Positions 28,754-41,827 are shown, counted from the first letter of the stretch. The stretch is 64,000 bases of DNA from an uncultured Chloroflexia bacterium (GCA_963707395.1 CAVPPQ010000006.1:298-64297), one strand, 5' to 3'. Made by a program: numbers and translations. The notes: generated by a model from the letters alone, not told the origin.

Positions 28754-29346
28754 GCGGGGATGCAACGCGGGCGCCCGAGAATGCCCGTGACCGGGCGCTC
28801 GTAGCCGAGGCTCTGGCGGGCCAGCTCGCGGCCTTCGATCAGCTCGTGGGCCTCTACCAGGACTATCTCTACGGCATGACCCTGCGCATCGTCCGGGACC
28901 GGGACATCGCCGAGGATGCCGTCCAGGAAGCGTTCTTCAGCGCCTACCGCAACCTGGAGCGCTTCAGCGGTCCGTCCTTCCGCGCGTGGCTGACGCGCAT
29001 CGCCCTCAACGCCGCCAAGGACATCCTGCGCAAGCGCAAGCGCCGCCCCGCGGACCCCTACCCGGAGTGGGAGGACGAGGCCTGGCAGCCGCCGGCCCCG
29101 GAGTCGGAGGGGCCTGAGCAGGTCGCGCTGCTGACCCGGCAGCGTGCCGCGCTGGCCCAGGCCATGGACGGCATCACCGAGGACCAGCGCACCGCCATCG
29201 TCCTTTTCGACGTGCAGGGCTACGACTACGCGGAGATCGCCGAGCTGATGGGCGTCAGCGTGGGCACCGTCAAGTCCCGGATCCATCGCGGCCGCGTCAG
29301 CCTGCGGGAGCGGCTCGGACCGGCCATGGAACTCTTCCGTGGCTAG
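28750..29346 (+). CDS. ECF RNA polymerase sigma factor
   Basis: AEDAVQEAF, FRAWLTRIALN, YAEIAELMGVSVGTVKSRIHRGR. Homology extends upstream of 28846 (DRALVAEALAGQLAAFDQL) to a CTG overlapping the corA stop. Confidence 0.9.
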   Translation: MSGDATRAPENARDRALVAEALAGQLAAFDQLVGLYQDYLYGMTLRIVRDRDIAEDAVQEAFFSAYRNLERFSGPSFRAWLTRIALNAAKDILRKRKRRPADPYPEWEDEAWQPPAPESEGPEQVALLTRQRAALAQAMDGITEDQRTAIVLFDVQGYDYAEIAELMGVSVGTVKSRIHRGRVSLRERLGPAMELFRG

Positions 29347-29355
29347 GGGCGTCTG

Positions 29356-30357
29356 ATGAGAGACATGCCAGTCCCGACGCCCGTGCCGCTGCCCGTGGAC
29401 CACGGGCAGCACGACCCCCTGCTCATCGCGCAGCTGGCCGCGGGCGACCCCCTGACCGCCGACCAGCAGCATGAGGCGGCGCTTCTCGTGGCTCGCTGCG
29501 CCGCCTGCGCCTCCCTGGCGGCCGACCTGCGGGCCATCTCCTCCGCCGTGGCCTGGGAGCCGCTGCCTCCGCGACGACGCGACTTCCACATCGACCCCGA
29601 GCACGCGGCTCGATTGCGCGGCTCAGCGGTGCAGCGCTTCCTGCGTCGCCTCTCCGTGCCGCAGGCGGGCGCCCTGCGCCCGGCCGCGGCAGGCATCCTC
29701 TCGATGGGCCTCCTCTTCATGGTCGCCGGCGCCGTGTGGCCAGCTGATGATGCGGCCCTGGTCCCGGTGGACCCAGCCGCCAGCCCGGCCCTCACCATGC
29801 AGATGCAGGCGCCGCCGATGGCATCGTCTGCCCCACCGGTCGACGACGCGGCTGCCGCGCCGATCCCAGTGGCTGCTGCCTCAGCCGCGACGTCCGAGAC
29901 GAGCGATCTGGCCGCCTCGGAGCGCAACGCCGCCGAGGTCGAGGCCTTCAGTGCCGCGGAGGCGCAGGCCGAGGTCCGTGGCGCGGCTGACAGCCAGGCA
30001 CAGGACGTGTCCCGGGACGACCTGGCTGCCACCCAGGATGACGAGACCCTTCAGGCCAAGGCCCTGGTCGACGAGCCGGGCACGGATGCGGCCGATGTCA
30101 GCCAGCCACTCGCCGGCGCGGCCGCGCCCTCACAGGCGGGGGCTGCCGAAGCACCCCTCGAAGCCCTGGCGGTCGAGGAGGCCGTCACCGATGGCGCCAC
30201 GCCCGCAGCCGCGGGCTCGACCGAGCTCGACGCTGGGGGATCCCGCTCGCTCGAGTCGGTCCTCCTCGGCATCGGCGCCCTGCTGGCGGTGGTCGGGGCG
30301 ATCCTGCTGCTGCTCACCTGGCTATCGCGCCGGGCGGCGGACCCGCTGCTGCGCTAG
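29356..30357 (+). CDS. Probable zinc-binding anti-sigma factor with two TM segments
   Basis: HGQH...CAAC N-terminus, central TM, acidic Ala-rich region, C-terminal TM plus RR; follows the ECF gene. Confidence 0.7.
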   Translation: MRDMPVPTPVPLPVDHGQHDPLLIAQLAAGDPLTADQQHEAALLVARCAACASLAADLRAISSAVAWEPLPPRRRDFHIDPEHAARLRGSAVQRFLRRLSVPQAGALRPAAAGILSMGLLFMVAGAVWPADDAALVPVDPAASPALTMQMQAPPMASSAPPVDDAAAAPIPVAAASAATSETSDLAASERNAAEVEAFSAAEAQAEVRGAADSQAQDVSRDDLAATQDDETLQAKALVDEPGTDAADVSQPLAGAAAPSQAGAAEAPLEALAVEEAVTDGATPAAAGSTELDAGGSRSLESVLLGIGALLAVVGAILLLLTWLSRRAADPLLR

Positions 30358-30459
30358 CTGCGATCCACGGCTCGCCGGCCGTCGGGCCGCCGGGCGTTGG
30401 CACCCACGGGCGGCGCGGACCCTCGGGCGGGCCCCGGCCGAGGGCTACACTGCCGGGCA

Positions 30460-33417
30460 GTGGAACGGCTCATGCTCCTCGATGCCCACAGCCTCATCTA
30501 CCGGGCCTATTTCGCCTTGCTCGAGACACCGCTGACCACCAGCAAGGGCCAGCTCGTCAACGCCGCCTTCGGCTTCTGGTCCATCGTCCTGCGCGGCTTC
30601 GCGGACATGAAGCCGGACCACGTCATGTGCTGCTTCGACGTGGGCCGCTCGTTCCGCGCCGACCGCTACGAGGGGTACAAGGCCACGCGCCGTCCCACCC
30701 CGGACGACCTGCGCGAGCAGTTCCCCATCGTCCGCCAGACCCTGGCGGCCTTTGGCATCCCCATCCACGAGCTGTCCGGCTACGAGGCTGACGACCTCAT
30801 CGGCTCGCTCTCCCGGCAGGCCGAGCTGCGCGACCTGGAGACCATCATCGTCTCCGGCGACCTGGACATGCTGCAGCTGGTCACCGAGCGGACCAAGCTG
30901 ATGACTACCCGCCTGGGCGTCCAGGCGACCGTCATCTACGACCCCGCCCGCATCCAGGAGCGCTACGGACTCGACCCCGGGCAGATGATCGACTTCAAGG
31001 CGCTCAAGGGCGATTCGACGGACAACATCCCGGGCATCCCGGGCGTGGGTGACAAGACGGCCGCCAAGCTGCTCGTGGACTTCGAGTCGCTGGAGGGCAT
31101 CTTCGCCCGGCTCGACGAGGTCCGGCCGGACAAGCTGCGCGACAAGCTCCGGGCCCACCGCGACGACGTGCTGCTCTGGCGGGAGCTGGTGACGATCGAC
31201 CGCCTGGCGCCCATCGCCCTGGACCTCGAGGGCGCCCGGCTGGGTGACTACGACCGCTCGGAGGTCGTGCGGCTCTTCCGTGAGTACGAGTTCCGCTCGC
31301 TGGTCGACCGACTGCCGGGCCAGGCGGCCGACGCCGGTCGCGCCGATGATGGGCCCGACGAGCCGATGCTGGCTGCCACGGTCCCCGGCCGGGCTCGGCA
31401 ACGGCCGGCGCCGCGGGCGCCGGCGGAGGGCAGCGGCTTGCAGTTGACCCTCGACTTCGGGGCCGTGGCCGCCCCTGCCGCCCCTGCTGCCCAGCCGCCA
31501 GGGGCTGCCTCGCCGGGCCTCTTCGATGGGCCGGAGACGGAGCCTGCCACGGAGGTCCAGGACTCCGTGGTCGCCCGATCGACCGCGGCTGGTGCGCCGA
31601 CACACGCCCCGGGCCCAGCGGGGGGAGTCCCGGTGGCGCGCCTGCGAGCGCTGCTGGCTGACCCATCCAGCGTGGAGCCGTACGCGGGCGACCTGGCTGG
31701 CTGGCTGGCGTCCCAGCCGGAGCTCGTCGTGGGCGCCGTGTTCGACGACCCGCGCCCGCGCCGCGGCACGCTCATGGGCCTCGCCGTCAGCGGTGCCGAC
31801 GGCCGGCTCGTGGCCGCCTCGGGTGGGGCTGCCACGGCCTTCGGGGCGGCGCTCATGACCGCCGGTCGGCCGCTCGTCGGTCACGAGGTCAAGCGGCTGC
31901 TGGTCTGGGAGCTGTCGCGGCGCGATCCGACCGCGAGCGGGTCGCTGAGCGCCTCGACGGGATCCATGCCGGCGGTCGCCTTCGACACGCAGGTGGCTGC
32001 CTACATCCTCAACGCGGCCCTGCGCAGCCAGTCCCTGGCGGACATCTGTGCGGAGCGGCTGGACGTCACCCTGCCCGGGCCGGGCCAGCTCGACGCCGGG
32101 ATGCAGGCGGCAGTCGAGGCGTCCGCCGCCGGCGCGGCGCAGGGCGCGCTCATCGGCGTGCTCGAGGCCGACCCGGCGCTGCGACGCATCCTCGATGAGC
32201 TGGAGCTGCCCCTGGAGCCCGTCCTGGCCGACATGGAGGCCACCGGCGTGTCCCTTGACCGCGCCGCCCTGTCCGCGCTGGCAGGGACGTTCCGCGAGGC
32301 CATCGACCGCCTGGCCGAGGACATCTACGCATCGGTCGGCCACGAGTTCAACCTGGGCAGCCCCAAGCAGCTCGAGCAGGTCCTCTTCTACGAGCTGGAC
32401 CTGCCGCGTGGCAAGCGCACCAAGACCGGCTATTCGACCGATGCCCAGGTGCTCGAGGAGCTCCGCGCCGCCCACCCCATGATCCCCATGCTGCTCGACT
32501 GGCGCATCTACACCAAGCTCCGCTCCACCTATGTCGAGGCCCTGCCCATCCTCATCGACCCGACCACCGGTCGCCTGCACACCACCTTCCAACAGGCGGT
32601 GGCGGCCACCGGGCGGCTCTCCTCGGCCGACCCCAACCTCCAGAACATCCCCATCCGCACGGAGCTCGGGCGGCGCATCCGCAGCGCCTTCGTGGCAGGG
32701 GGCGAGGATCTCGTGCTCCTGGCCGCCGACTACAGCCAGATCGAGCTGCGGGTGCTGGCCCACGTCTCGGGCGACGCCCACCTTCGGGAGGCCTTCGAGC
32801 AGCACCTCGACATCCATCGCCAGACCGCCGCGCGCGTGCTGCGGAAGGATCCCGCGGACGTCAGCGCCGACGAGCGCTCCATGGCCAAGATGGTCAATTT
32901 CGGCCTCGCCTACGGCATGAGCGACTACGGGCTGGCGACGCGGGCGGGTATCCCCCGGGAGGAAGCGCGCGAGTTCATCGAGTCCTACTTCGGCGCCTAC
33001 AGCGGCATCGCCTACTACATGCTGCACATGCGTGAACTGGCTCGCGAGCAGGGCTACGTGGAGACGCTGCTGGGCCGGCGCCGCTCCATCCCCGAGCTGC
33101 AGTCGCGCAACGCCCAGCTGCGCAGCGCCGGGGAGCGCATGGCCATCAACATGCCCATCCAGGGCACGGCCGCGGACATCATGAAGATCGCGCTCATCCG
33201 CCTCCACGAGCGGCTGGCCGCGGAGCGGTCTCCGGCTCGGATGCTGCTCTCGGTCCACGATGAGGTGCTGCTGGAGGTGCCGCGTGCCGAGGTGGCCGGC
33301 CTGGCGCCCATCGTGCGCGAGGTCATGGAGGGCGCGCTCAAGCTCGACGTGCCGCTCGACGTGGACATCAAGGTGGGCACCGACTGGGAGTCCATGCGTC
33401 CGCTGGAGCGTGCCTGA
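30460..33417 (+). CDS. polA: DNA polymerase I
   Basis: 5'-3' exonuclease (LLDAHSLIYRAYFA, YEADD, GDSTDNIPG); polymerase motifs TGRLSS..PNLQN, DYSQIELR, VHDE. Confidence 0.97.
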   Translation: MERLMLLDAHSLIYRAYFALLETPLTTSKGQLVNAAFGFWSIVLRGFADMKPDHVMCCFDVGRSFRADRYEGYKATRRPTPDDLREQFPIVRQTLAAFGIPIHELSGYEADDLIGSLSRQAELRDLETIIVSGDLDMLQLVTERTKLMTTRLGVQATVIYDPARIQERYGLDPGQMIDFKALKGDSTDNIPGIPGVGDKTAAKLLVDFESLEGIFARLDEVRPDKLRDKLRAHRDDVLLWRELVTIDRLAPIALDLEGARLGDYDRSEVVRLFREYEFRSLVDRLPGQAADAGRADDGPDEPMLAATVPGRARQRPAPRAPAEGSGLQLTLDFGAVAAPAAPAAQPPGAASPGLFDGPETEPATEVQDSVVARSTAAGAPTHAPGPAGGVPVARLRALLADPSSVEPYAGDLAGWLASQPELVVGAVFDDPRPRRGTLMGLAVSGADGRLVAASGGAATAFGAALMTAGRPLVGHEVKRLLVWELSRRDPTASGSLSASTGSMPAVAFDTQVAAYILNAALRSQSLADICAERLDVTLPGPGQLDAGMQAAVEASAAGAAQGALIGVLEADPALRRILDELELPLEPVLADMEATGVSLDRAALSALAGTFREAIDRLAEDIYASVGHEFNLGSPKQLEQVLFYELDLPRGKRTKTGYSTDAQVLEELRAAHPMIPMLLDWRIYTKLRSTYVEALPILIDPTTGRLHTTFQQAVAATGRLSSADPNLQNIPIRTELGRRIRSAFVAGGEDLVLLAADYSQIELRVLAHVSGDAHLREAFEQHLDIHRQTAARVLRKDPADVSADERSMAKMVNFGLAYGMSDYGLATRAGIPREEAREFIESYFGAYSGIAYYMLHMRELAREQGYVETLLGRRRSIPELQSRNAQLRSAGERMAINMPIQGTAADIMKIALIRLHERLAAERSPARMLLSVHDEVLLEVPRAEVAGLAPIVREVMEGALKLDVPLDVDIKVGTDWESMRPLERA

Positions 33418-33423
33418 CCGCGC

Positions 33424-34410
33424 ATGCCGGAGCTGCCTGAGGTCGAGACGATGGCGCGCGACCTCGCGCCACTCATCGTGGGGGCCTCCATCACCGGCGT
33501 CTGGTGGGATTGGCTGCCGGTCATCCGCCACCCGTCGCCCGAGAGCTTCCGCGAGGGTCTCGTGGGCCGCCGCGTCCGGGGTATCACGCGGCGCGCCAAG
33601 TGGCTCATCATCGACCTCGATGACGGGTCCGTGCTGGCCATCCAGGTCAAGATGACCGGCCAGCTCTTCGTGCTGCCGGAGGGCGTGCGGCACGACCGCC
33701 ACGTGCACCTGCGGTTGACGCTCGGGCCGGGTCCGGTGGCCGGCGGCCAGCGGACCGATGGTGCGCGTTGGCTGCTCTTCCGCGATGTGCGCAAGTTCGG
33801 CCGGGTGGGGCTCTACCGGCGCGGCCCCGATGACGAGGTCGTGGGCGCCGGGGACGTGGGGGGACTCTTCGCTCGGCATGGGCCGGAGCCGCTGGACGAA
33901 GCCTTCACGCTGCGCCGCTTCCGGGCCCGCCTGCGTGCCCGCCGGGGGCGGCTCAAGTCGGTCATCGTGGACCAGTCGTTCCTGGCGGGCGTGGGCAACA
34001 TCTACGCCGACGAGGCCCTCTGGCGTGCGCGCCTCCACCCACTGCGCTCGGTGGGGACGCTGGGGCCGGCTGACGAGCGCCGCCTCTACGATGCCATCCG
34101 GGGCGTGCTCGGCGAGGCCGTGGCGCAGCGCGGCTCATCGGTCGACGACTACACCGCGCCGGAGGGTGGTGGCCGCATGCAGGAGCACCTCGACGTCTAC
34201 CAGCGCACGGGGTTGCCCTGTCATCGGTGCGGGCGGACGATCCGGCGCCTCGTGCTGGCTCAACGCGGCACCCACTTCTGCTCGTGGTGCCAGCGCCTGC
34301 CGGCGGCTGACCGCCGTGGCACGACCGCTGCGCTGGCGGCCAGCGCGCGGCAGGTGGGACGTCGGGGCCGCAACTGGTCGGACCTGGGAGGGCCGGACCC
34401 GGCCGACTGA
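33424..34410 (+). CDS. mutM: Formamidopyrimidine-DNA glycosylase
   Basis: MPELPEVE, GVGNIYADE, C-terminal zinc finger. Confidence 0.96.
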   Translation: MPELPEVETMARDLAPLIVGASITGVWWDWLPVIRHPSPESFREGLVGRRVRGITRRAKWLIIDLDDGSVLAIQVKMTGQLFVLPEGVRHDRHVHLRLTLGPGPVAGGQRTDGARWLLFRDVRKFGRVGLYRRGPDDEVVGAGDVGGLFARHGPEPLDEAFTLRRFRARLRARRGRLKSVIVDQSFLAGVGNIYADEALWRARLHPLRSVGTLGPADERRLYDAIRGVLGEAVAQRGSSVDDYTAPEGGGRMQEHLDVYQRTGLPCHRCGRTIRRLVLAQRGTHFCSWCQRLPAADRRGTTAALAASARQVGRRGRNWSDLGGPDPAD

Positions 34411-34463
34411 CCAGGGCCACACGCCCCCACGTCGGCGCCGCCGAATCGGGGACACTTAGGTAC

Positions 34464-36537
<2,074 letters not shown>

Positions 36538-36541
<4 letters not shown>

Positions 36542-37230
36542 ACGAGGGGAGGGTCGCGGACATCGAGAAGACGGGCGACCAGGACGACCGGCCGGTCGTC
36601 ATCGGGCTCACGGGGCCGATCGGTTGCGGCAAGTCCACCGTGGCGGGCATGCTGGCCGAGCTCGGTGGCGTCGTCATCGACGCCGACGCGCTCGCGCGCG
36701 AGGTCACGGCACCCGGCCAGCCGACCCTGGAGGCTATCCACGCGCGCTTCGGCGAGACCGTCTTCCGAGCGCCCGGCATGCTCGACCGGGCAGCCCTGGC
36801 GACGCTCGTCTTCGCCGACGCCGCGGCCCTCCGTGACCTGGAGGCCATCGTCCACCCGGCCGTCCGGGCGCGGATCGAGGTTCGTCTGGAAGCGGTCCGC
36901 CGCGACGGCGACCCCTTCGTCGTCATCGAGGCCATCAAGCTCGTCGAGAGCGGTCTCGCCGCTCGTTGCCACGAGGTCTGGCTCATCGAATGCCCGGCGG
37001 GGGTCCAGCGCCAGCGGCTCGCGCTCCGGGGCATGGACGCTGCTGACATCGAGCGACGCCTCGCCGCGCAGGGCCCCGATCTCGCGGAGCGCCTGGCGCC
37101 TCACGCCGACCGGCGGATCGACGCGTCCGGCTCCCGGGAATCGATCCGCGAGTGCGTCGAGGACGCACTCGCGGATGTGCTCGCGCCGAGGTTCGCCGGG
37201 CTGCCGTGGGGCCCGGTGGAGCGCCGCTAG
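36538..37230 (+). CDS. coaE: Dephospho-CoA kinase
   Basis: IGLTGPIGCGKSTV, IDAD, LDRAAL, IVHP. Confidence 0.95.
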
Positions 37231-38186
37231 GGCACGGGCGACTCCGTGGGGGCCACGATGAGGGCACTCTCAGGGCTGGGCGACGGCTCCGGCGCGGGGG
37301 AGAGGTAGGGTTCGTTCGGGAAGGGGCTCGGGAAGGCCAGGGGCTGCGGGTACTCCAGGCCGTCGATCTTCTGCGGGACGCGGAAGTTGTAGCGGGTCAG
37401 GAGCGTGTCCGTGGTCTCGCCGTAGGTGCTGCGGTCGATGTCCCGCGTGTCCTCGTCCGGTCGCAGCACCATGGTGAACTCCGCGCCCTGTGTCTGGGCG
37501 TGCGCGATCTCCTCGGACGTCTGCAGGTCCGCGCGCACGACATACGTGTCGGATGCCTCCGCGCGGCCGAGGATCTCCACGTCGAGCCACATGAGCTTGG
37601 TGGTCGTGCCCTCCACGAAGGGTACTGGCTCGCCTGTCTCGGGATCGATGGTCAGCGGTTCGCCGGTCTCTGGGTCCACGGGTCCGGCGACCGTGATGGG
37701 GATCGTGGCGATGAGGTCCACGTGCTGGCCCACGGCGACCAGGCCGGCCACAGCGCGGTCGGCCGGGACGGTCAGGCTGACCGCCCGCAGGACGGGCGAG
37801 TCGGGCGACACGGTCTCGTCCGCCTTGAGGATGGCCACCTGGCCCGATGCAGCCCCGGCGAGCATGTTGGGCGTGATGGGCTGGAACTGCAGGATGGGGA
37901 TCGCCGCGACCTGGCCCGAGACGAGGTCTCGGTCGGTGAAGGCGGATGCCGTGGTGTCATCGACCGGAACGGGGCGAAGCGCCAACTGCAGGCTCTCGAT
38001 GGTGGCTCGGGCGGGGATCGCCTCTGCCGCCACGACGACCTCGCGCGTGGGGAAGGCTGCCTCAGGCTCCTCCTGCCCCTGGCTGCTGAGCATGAACGCG
38101 GCAGCGCCGGCCGCAAGGGCCAGCAGCACACCGATCACCAGCACCAGCGTCCGTCGCCGGCTGTTGTCCTTGAACTCCATCTCCAT
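37227..38186 (-). CDS. cpaB: Flp pilus assembly CpaB/RcpC-like protein (SAF domain)
   Basis: N-terminal [20 protein letters not shown]...AVAGLV.VG.HVDLI. Confidence 0.75.
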   Translation of the reverse strand: MEMEFKDNSRRRTLVLVIGVLLALAAGAAAFMLSSQGQEEPEAAFPTREVVVAAEAIPARATIESLQLALRPVPVDDTTASAFTDRDLVSGQVAAIPILQFQPITPNMLAGAASGQVAILKADETVSPDSPVLRAVSLTVPADRAVAGLVAVGQHVDLIATIPITVAGPVDPETGEPLTIDPETGEPVPFVEGTTTKLMWLDVEILGRAEASDTYVVRADLQTSEEIAHAQTQGAEFTMVLRPDEDTRDIDRSTYGETTDTLLTRYNFRVPQKIDGLEYPQPLAFPSPFPNEPYLSPAPEPSPSPESALIVAPTESPVP

Positions 38187-38409
38187 GGCGGCAGGCTCCT
38201 GTTGGCGGCTCGCGAGCGACCGGACGGTCAGCGCCTGGGCGTGACGGCCCCGTCCGTGCATCGGCCAGCATCCGTGCATGGGTGTCGGCCTGCCATGGAC
38301 CCATCGGGTCCGGGTCGGTAGGACTCTTTTCTACCCCGCACCCGTCCGCGCCGAGGCAGACCACCGCGGACCGCACCTTCCTGCCAGCCCCTGGGGTGCG
38401 GCCGCCCAT

Positions 38410-38446
38410 GAACGCGTGTTCGGTTTGGGGCTTGAGGCGCTATCAT
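38410..38446 (+). promoter_or_regulatory. LexA box and -10 of uvrB
   Basis: GAACGCGTGTTC 38410-38421; TATCAT 38441-38446, 6 nt before ATG. Confidence 0.8.
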
Positions 38447-38452
38447 GCGGGC

Positions 38453-40834
38453 ATGGCCGACTTCCAGTTGGTGGCGCCCTTCAAGCCCACGGGTGACCAG
38501 CCCCAGGCCATCGAGCAGCTCGTGGCCGGCATCCGCGACGGACGCAAGCACCAGGTGCTCCTGGGGGCGACCGGCACGGGCAAGACGTACACGGTCTCGG
38601 AGGTCATCGCCCGCGTCAACAAGCCCACGCTCGTGCTGGCGCACAACAAGACGCTGGCGGCCCAGCTCTACAGCGAGTTCAGGGATTTCTTCCCGGACAA
38701 CGCCGTGGAGTACTTCGTCAGTTACTTCGACTACTACCAGCCGGAAGCCTACCTGCCCCGCAGCGACACCTACATCGAGAAGGACTCCTCCCGGAACGAG
38801 GAGATCGACAAGCTGCGCCACGCCGCCACGCGGGCCCTGTTCGAGCGGCGCGATGTCATCATCGTGGCCAGCGTCTCGTGCATCTACGGTCTCGGCGCGC
38901 CCGTGGACTACGGTGCCACGGTCCTGCGCCTCCGTGTCGGGGGCCGCTACCGCCGGGACGGCGTGCTGCGCCAGCTGGTGGACCTGCAATATGCCCGCAA
39001 CGACCAGGCCCTCAGCCGGGCGAAGTTCCGCGTCCGTGGCGACACCCTGGAGCTGCAGCCCGCCTATGACGACTTCATCGCGCGGGTGGAGTTCTTCGGT
39101 GACGAGGTGGAACGCGTCACGGAGGTCGATCCGCTCACCGGCGAGGTCCTCGCCCAGCGGAACGAGCTGAACGTGTACCCGGCCTCCCATTACGTCACGC
39201 CCCAGGAGAAGCTGGTGGCGGCCATCGCGGACATCGAGGTGGAGGCGGAGGAGCGCGTCACGGAGCTCGAGCAGAAGGGCATGATCCTGGAGGCGGAGCG
39301 GCTCCGGCAGCGCACCGCCTTCGACCTGGAGATGATGCGCGAGCTGGGCTTCTGCTCCGGCATCGAGAATTACTCGCGCCACCTCGCCCGCCGTGAGCCC
39401 GGCTCACGTCCCTGGACGCTGCTCGACTACTTCCCGCCGGACTGGCTGCTGGTCGTGGACGAGAGCCACATGACCATCCCCCAGGTGGCGGGCATGTACA
39501 AGAATGACCGCACGCGCAAGGAGATCCTTGTCGAGTTCGGCTTCCGGCTGCCATCGGCGCTGGACAATCGGCCCCTCACCTTCGAGGAGTTCGAGGCGCA
39601 CCTCAGCCAGGTCGTGCACATGAGCGCCACGCCCGGGGCGTGGGAGCTGCAGCGTTCGGAGCGCATCGTGGAGCAGCTCATCCGGCCCACGGGCATCGTC
39701 GACCCGACCATCGAGGTGCGGCCCACGGAGGGCCAGATCGACGACCTCATCGACCGCATCCGGGAGCGCGTGGAACGGCACGAGCGCGTCCTCGTCACCA
39801 CGCTCACCAAGCGCATGGCGGAAGACCTCGCCGACTACCTCCACGAGATGGGCATCCGCGTCAGCTACCTGCACAGCGAGGTGGACACCCTGGAGCGGGT
39901 CCAGATCCTGCGCGACCTGCGCCTGGGCGTGTACGACGTGCTGGTCGGCATCAACCTCCTGCGGGAGGGCATCGACCTTCCGGAGGTCACGCTGGTGGCC
40001 ATCCTGGACGCGGACAAGGAGGGCTTCCTGCGCAGCGCCTGGTCGCTCATCCAGGTCATCGGCCGTGCCGCGCGCAACATCGGCGGCCAGGTCGTCATGT
40101 ACGCCGACCGGGTCACCGAATCGATGCAGGTGGCCATCGAGGAGACGAACCGTCGCCGCGCCGTCCAGGAGGCCTACAACATCGAGCACGGCATCACGCC
40201 GACGACCATCGTCAAGGAGATCCGGGACATCAATGACCGCCTCGCTGCCGTGGCCCAGGCGCCGGGTGCCTTCGGGGCTGACTCGAGGGAGCTCACGGAG
40301 CTCAGCCAGGCTCAGGTGGAGAAGCTCGTCTCGCAGCTGGAGACGGAGATGCGCGCGGCTGCCAAGCAGCTCGAGTTCGAGCGGGCGGCTGCGCTTCGCG
40401 ATGAGATCCAGGACATCCGGCGGCGGGTGCTGGAGGAGGACGCCTCGGTGGCCGTGCTGCGGGCCGCGGGAGCGGGCCGCGCACCGATGGCGACCAGGCG
40501 ATCGGAAGTGACGGCCAAGCCCTCCGAGCGCGCCGCCGCCCGGAGGGTCGGGCGAGCGCCAGGGCCGACGATCCGCGGGCGAGCCCGGGTCGGCCCTGGA
40601 GGTCACCAGGTCACCGTCCTGCCGGCGGGCGACGAGCCGCTTGCCGGTCTCGAGGAGGGTGCGCCCGATGTCGAGGAGGGCACCGCCGCCGATGTCTTCC
40701 CCGGCATCAAGGACTCACACGAGGACCTCGACGAAGGCTGGATGGCGCGTTGGGTCGACCGGCCCACCTGGGACCGGCGCGTGACACCGAACGTCATCAA
40801 GCGCTCCGGCACGCGGCCCAAGCGTCGCCGCTGA
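38453..40834 (+). CDS. uvrB: Excinuclease ABC subunit B
   Basis: [41 protein letters not shown]; extended C-terminus. Confidence 0.97.
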   Translation: MADFQLVAPFKPTGDQPQAIEQLVAGIRDGRKHQVLLGATGTGKTYTVSEVIARVNKPTLVLAHNKTLAAQLYSEFRDFFPDNAVEYFVSYFDYYQPEAYLPRSDTYIEKDSSRNEEIDKLRHAATRALFERRDVIIVASVSCIYGLGAPVDYGATVLRLRVGGRYRRDGVLRQLVDLQYARNDQALSRAKFRVRGDTLELQPAYDDFIARVEFFGDEVERVTEVDPLTGEVLAQRNELNVYPASHYVTPQEKLVAAIADIEVEAEERVTELEQKGMILEAERLRQRTAFDLEMMRELGFCSGIENYSRHLARREPGSRPWTLLDYFPPDWLLVVDESHMTIPQVAGMYKNDRTRKEILVEFGFRLPSALDNRPLTFEEFEAHLSQVVHMSATPGAWELQRSERIVEQLIRPTGIVDPTIEVRPTEGQIDDLIDRIRERVERHERVLVTTLTKRMAEDLADYLHEMGIRVSYLHSEVDTLERVQILRDLRLGVYDVLVGINLLREGIDLPEVTLVAILDADKEGFLRSAWSLIQVIGRAARNIGGQVVMYADRVTESMQVAIEETNRRRAVQEAYNIEHGITPTTIVKEIRDINDRLAAVAQAPGAFGADSRELTELSQAQVEKLVSQLETEMRAAAKQLEFERAAALRDEIQDIRRRVLEEDASVAVLRAAGAGRAPMATRRSEVTAKPSERAAARRVGRAPGPTIRGRARVGPGGHQVTVLPAGDEPLAGLEEGAPDVEEGTAADVFPGIKDSHEDLDEGWMARWVDRPTWDRRVTPNVIKRSGTRPKRRR

Positions 40835-40869
40835 AGCAGCCGCGGGGCGCCGGGGTGCCGCCCACCGGG

Positions 40870-40968
40870 CCCGATGATCGATCCATCGCTCATCCACAGC
40901 GGCTACGCGTCCAGGGTGCCGCCGCCGCCTGCCTATCGGGCCCCGATGATCGATCCATCGCTCATCCA
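40870..40968. repeat. 27-bp palindromic direct repeat, two copies 72 bp apart
   Basis: CCCGATGATCGATCCATCGCTCATCCA at 40870 and 40942. Confidence 0.85.
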
Positions 40969-41192
40969 GGCGGTTACGGCGGCCACGTCACCCGCACCGG
41001 CCACGCAGCCGACGGCGCCGACTGCCCACGGCCCACGGCCCACGGCCCACTGCCCACGGCCACCCGGCCAAGCGGCCCCGCCAGCTCCACGATGCGCCAC
41101 GGGTAGTACTAGTCTGGCCAGCAGCGCCGTTCGCGCGGCGAGACGACGGCGCCACCGAACGACTGCGCCGCGAGGATCAGGAGGGGCATGTC

Positions 41193-41714
41193 ATGGCCAT
41201 GCACGTAGTGGTCGCCACCTACAAGGATATGCTCGGGGCACGGGACGCCATCGCAGCGGTCAAGGAAGCCAACATCAAGCTGGTCGACCAGGCGTACGTC
41301 CTCAACAACGGCGACGGCAACCTCGAGTTCAAGGAGGGCAAGGACGCCGGCGGCGGCAAGGGCTTCGTCTACGGCGCCTCGACGGTGGCGGTCGCCGGCC
41401 TGCTGCTCGGCCCGGTCGGATGGGGGGCCGTCGCGGCAGGCGGCCTCGTGGGTGGCCTCATCTCCAAGGCACACGATGCGGGGATCCCCAGCGCGGACAT
41501 CGAGAGACTCGGCCAGTCCCTGGCGCCCGGCCACGCCGCGGCGATCGCGGTGACGCACGAGGGCGACGAGGACCGGGTGCGCGAGATCTTCCACAACTAC
41601 GGCGGCGAGGTCGTGACCGTGGGCGTCACCGATGATGTCAGGACCGCGCTGGAAGGCACGGCGCCGGACGGGGTCACCGTGGCTGCCGATGGCAGCTCGA
41701 CCGGGACCGCGTAG
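41193..41714 (+). CDS. DUF1269-like membrane protein
   Basis: Gly-zipper G.LLGPVG..AVAAGGLVGG, DAGI, LAPG motifs; AGGAGG RBS. Confidence 0.75.
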   Translation: MAMHVVVATYKDMLGARDAIAAVKEANIKLVDQAYVLNNGDGNLEFKEGKDAGGGKGFVYGASTVAVAGLLLGPVGWGAVAAGGLVGGLISKAHDAGIPSADIERLGQSLAPGHAAAIAVTHEGDEDRVREIFHNYGGEVVTVGVTDDVRTALEGTAPDGVTVAADGSSTGTA

Positions 41715-41767
41715 GGCCATCCTGACTGCTCGTCCAGCGGGACGAGCCGACCTGGTAGTCACCCACA

Positions 41768-41803
41768 GAGTCGTGCCCACCCCGGCCGGGGTGGGCACGA
41801 CTC
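41768..41803. terminator. Perfect 36-bp palindrome between convergent genes
   Basis: GAGTCGTGCCCACCCCGG|CCGGGGTGGGCACGACTC. Confidence 0.75.
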
Positions 41804-41827
41804 ACGCTATGCGCTTCGGGTCCGGCA

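Noticed and set aside
15477..34038. Very long antisense ORFs (e.g. 15477..18740-, 30445..34038-, 27086..28765-)
   Set aside because: Shadow ORFs opposite dnaE, polA and corA, caused by high-GC codon bias; no recognisable motifs.
40870..40968. Mini CRISPR array (27-bp repeats, 45-bp spacer)
   Set aside because: Only two copies, similarity extends into the flanks, and there is no cas gene or leader in the window.
41768..41803. Type I-E CRISPR repeat look-alike
   Set aside because: Single copy, fully palindromic, between convergent genes; a terminator is more parsimonious.
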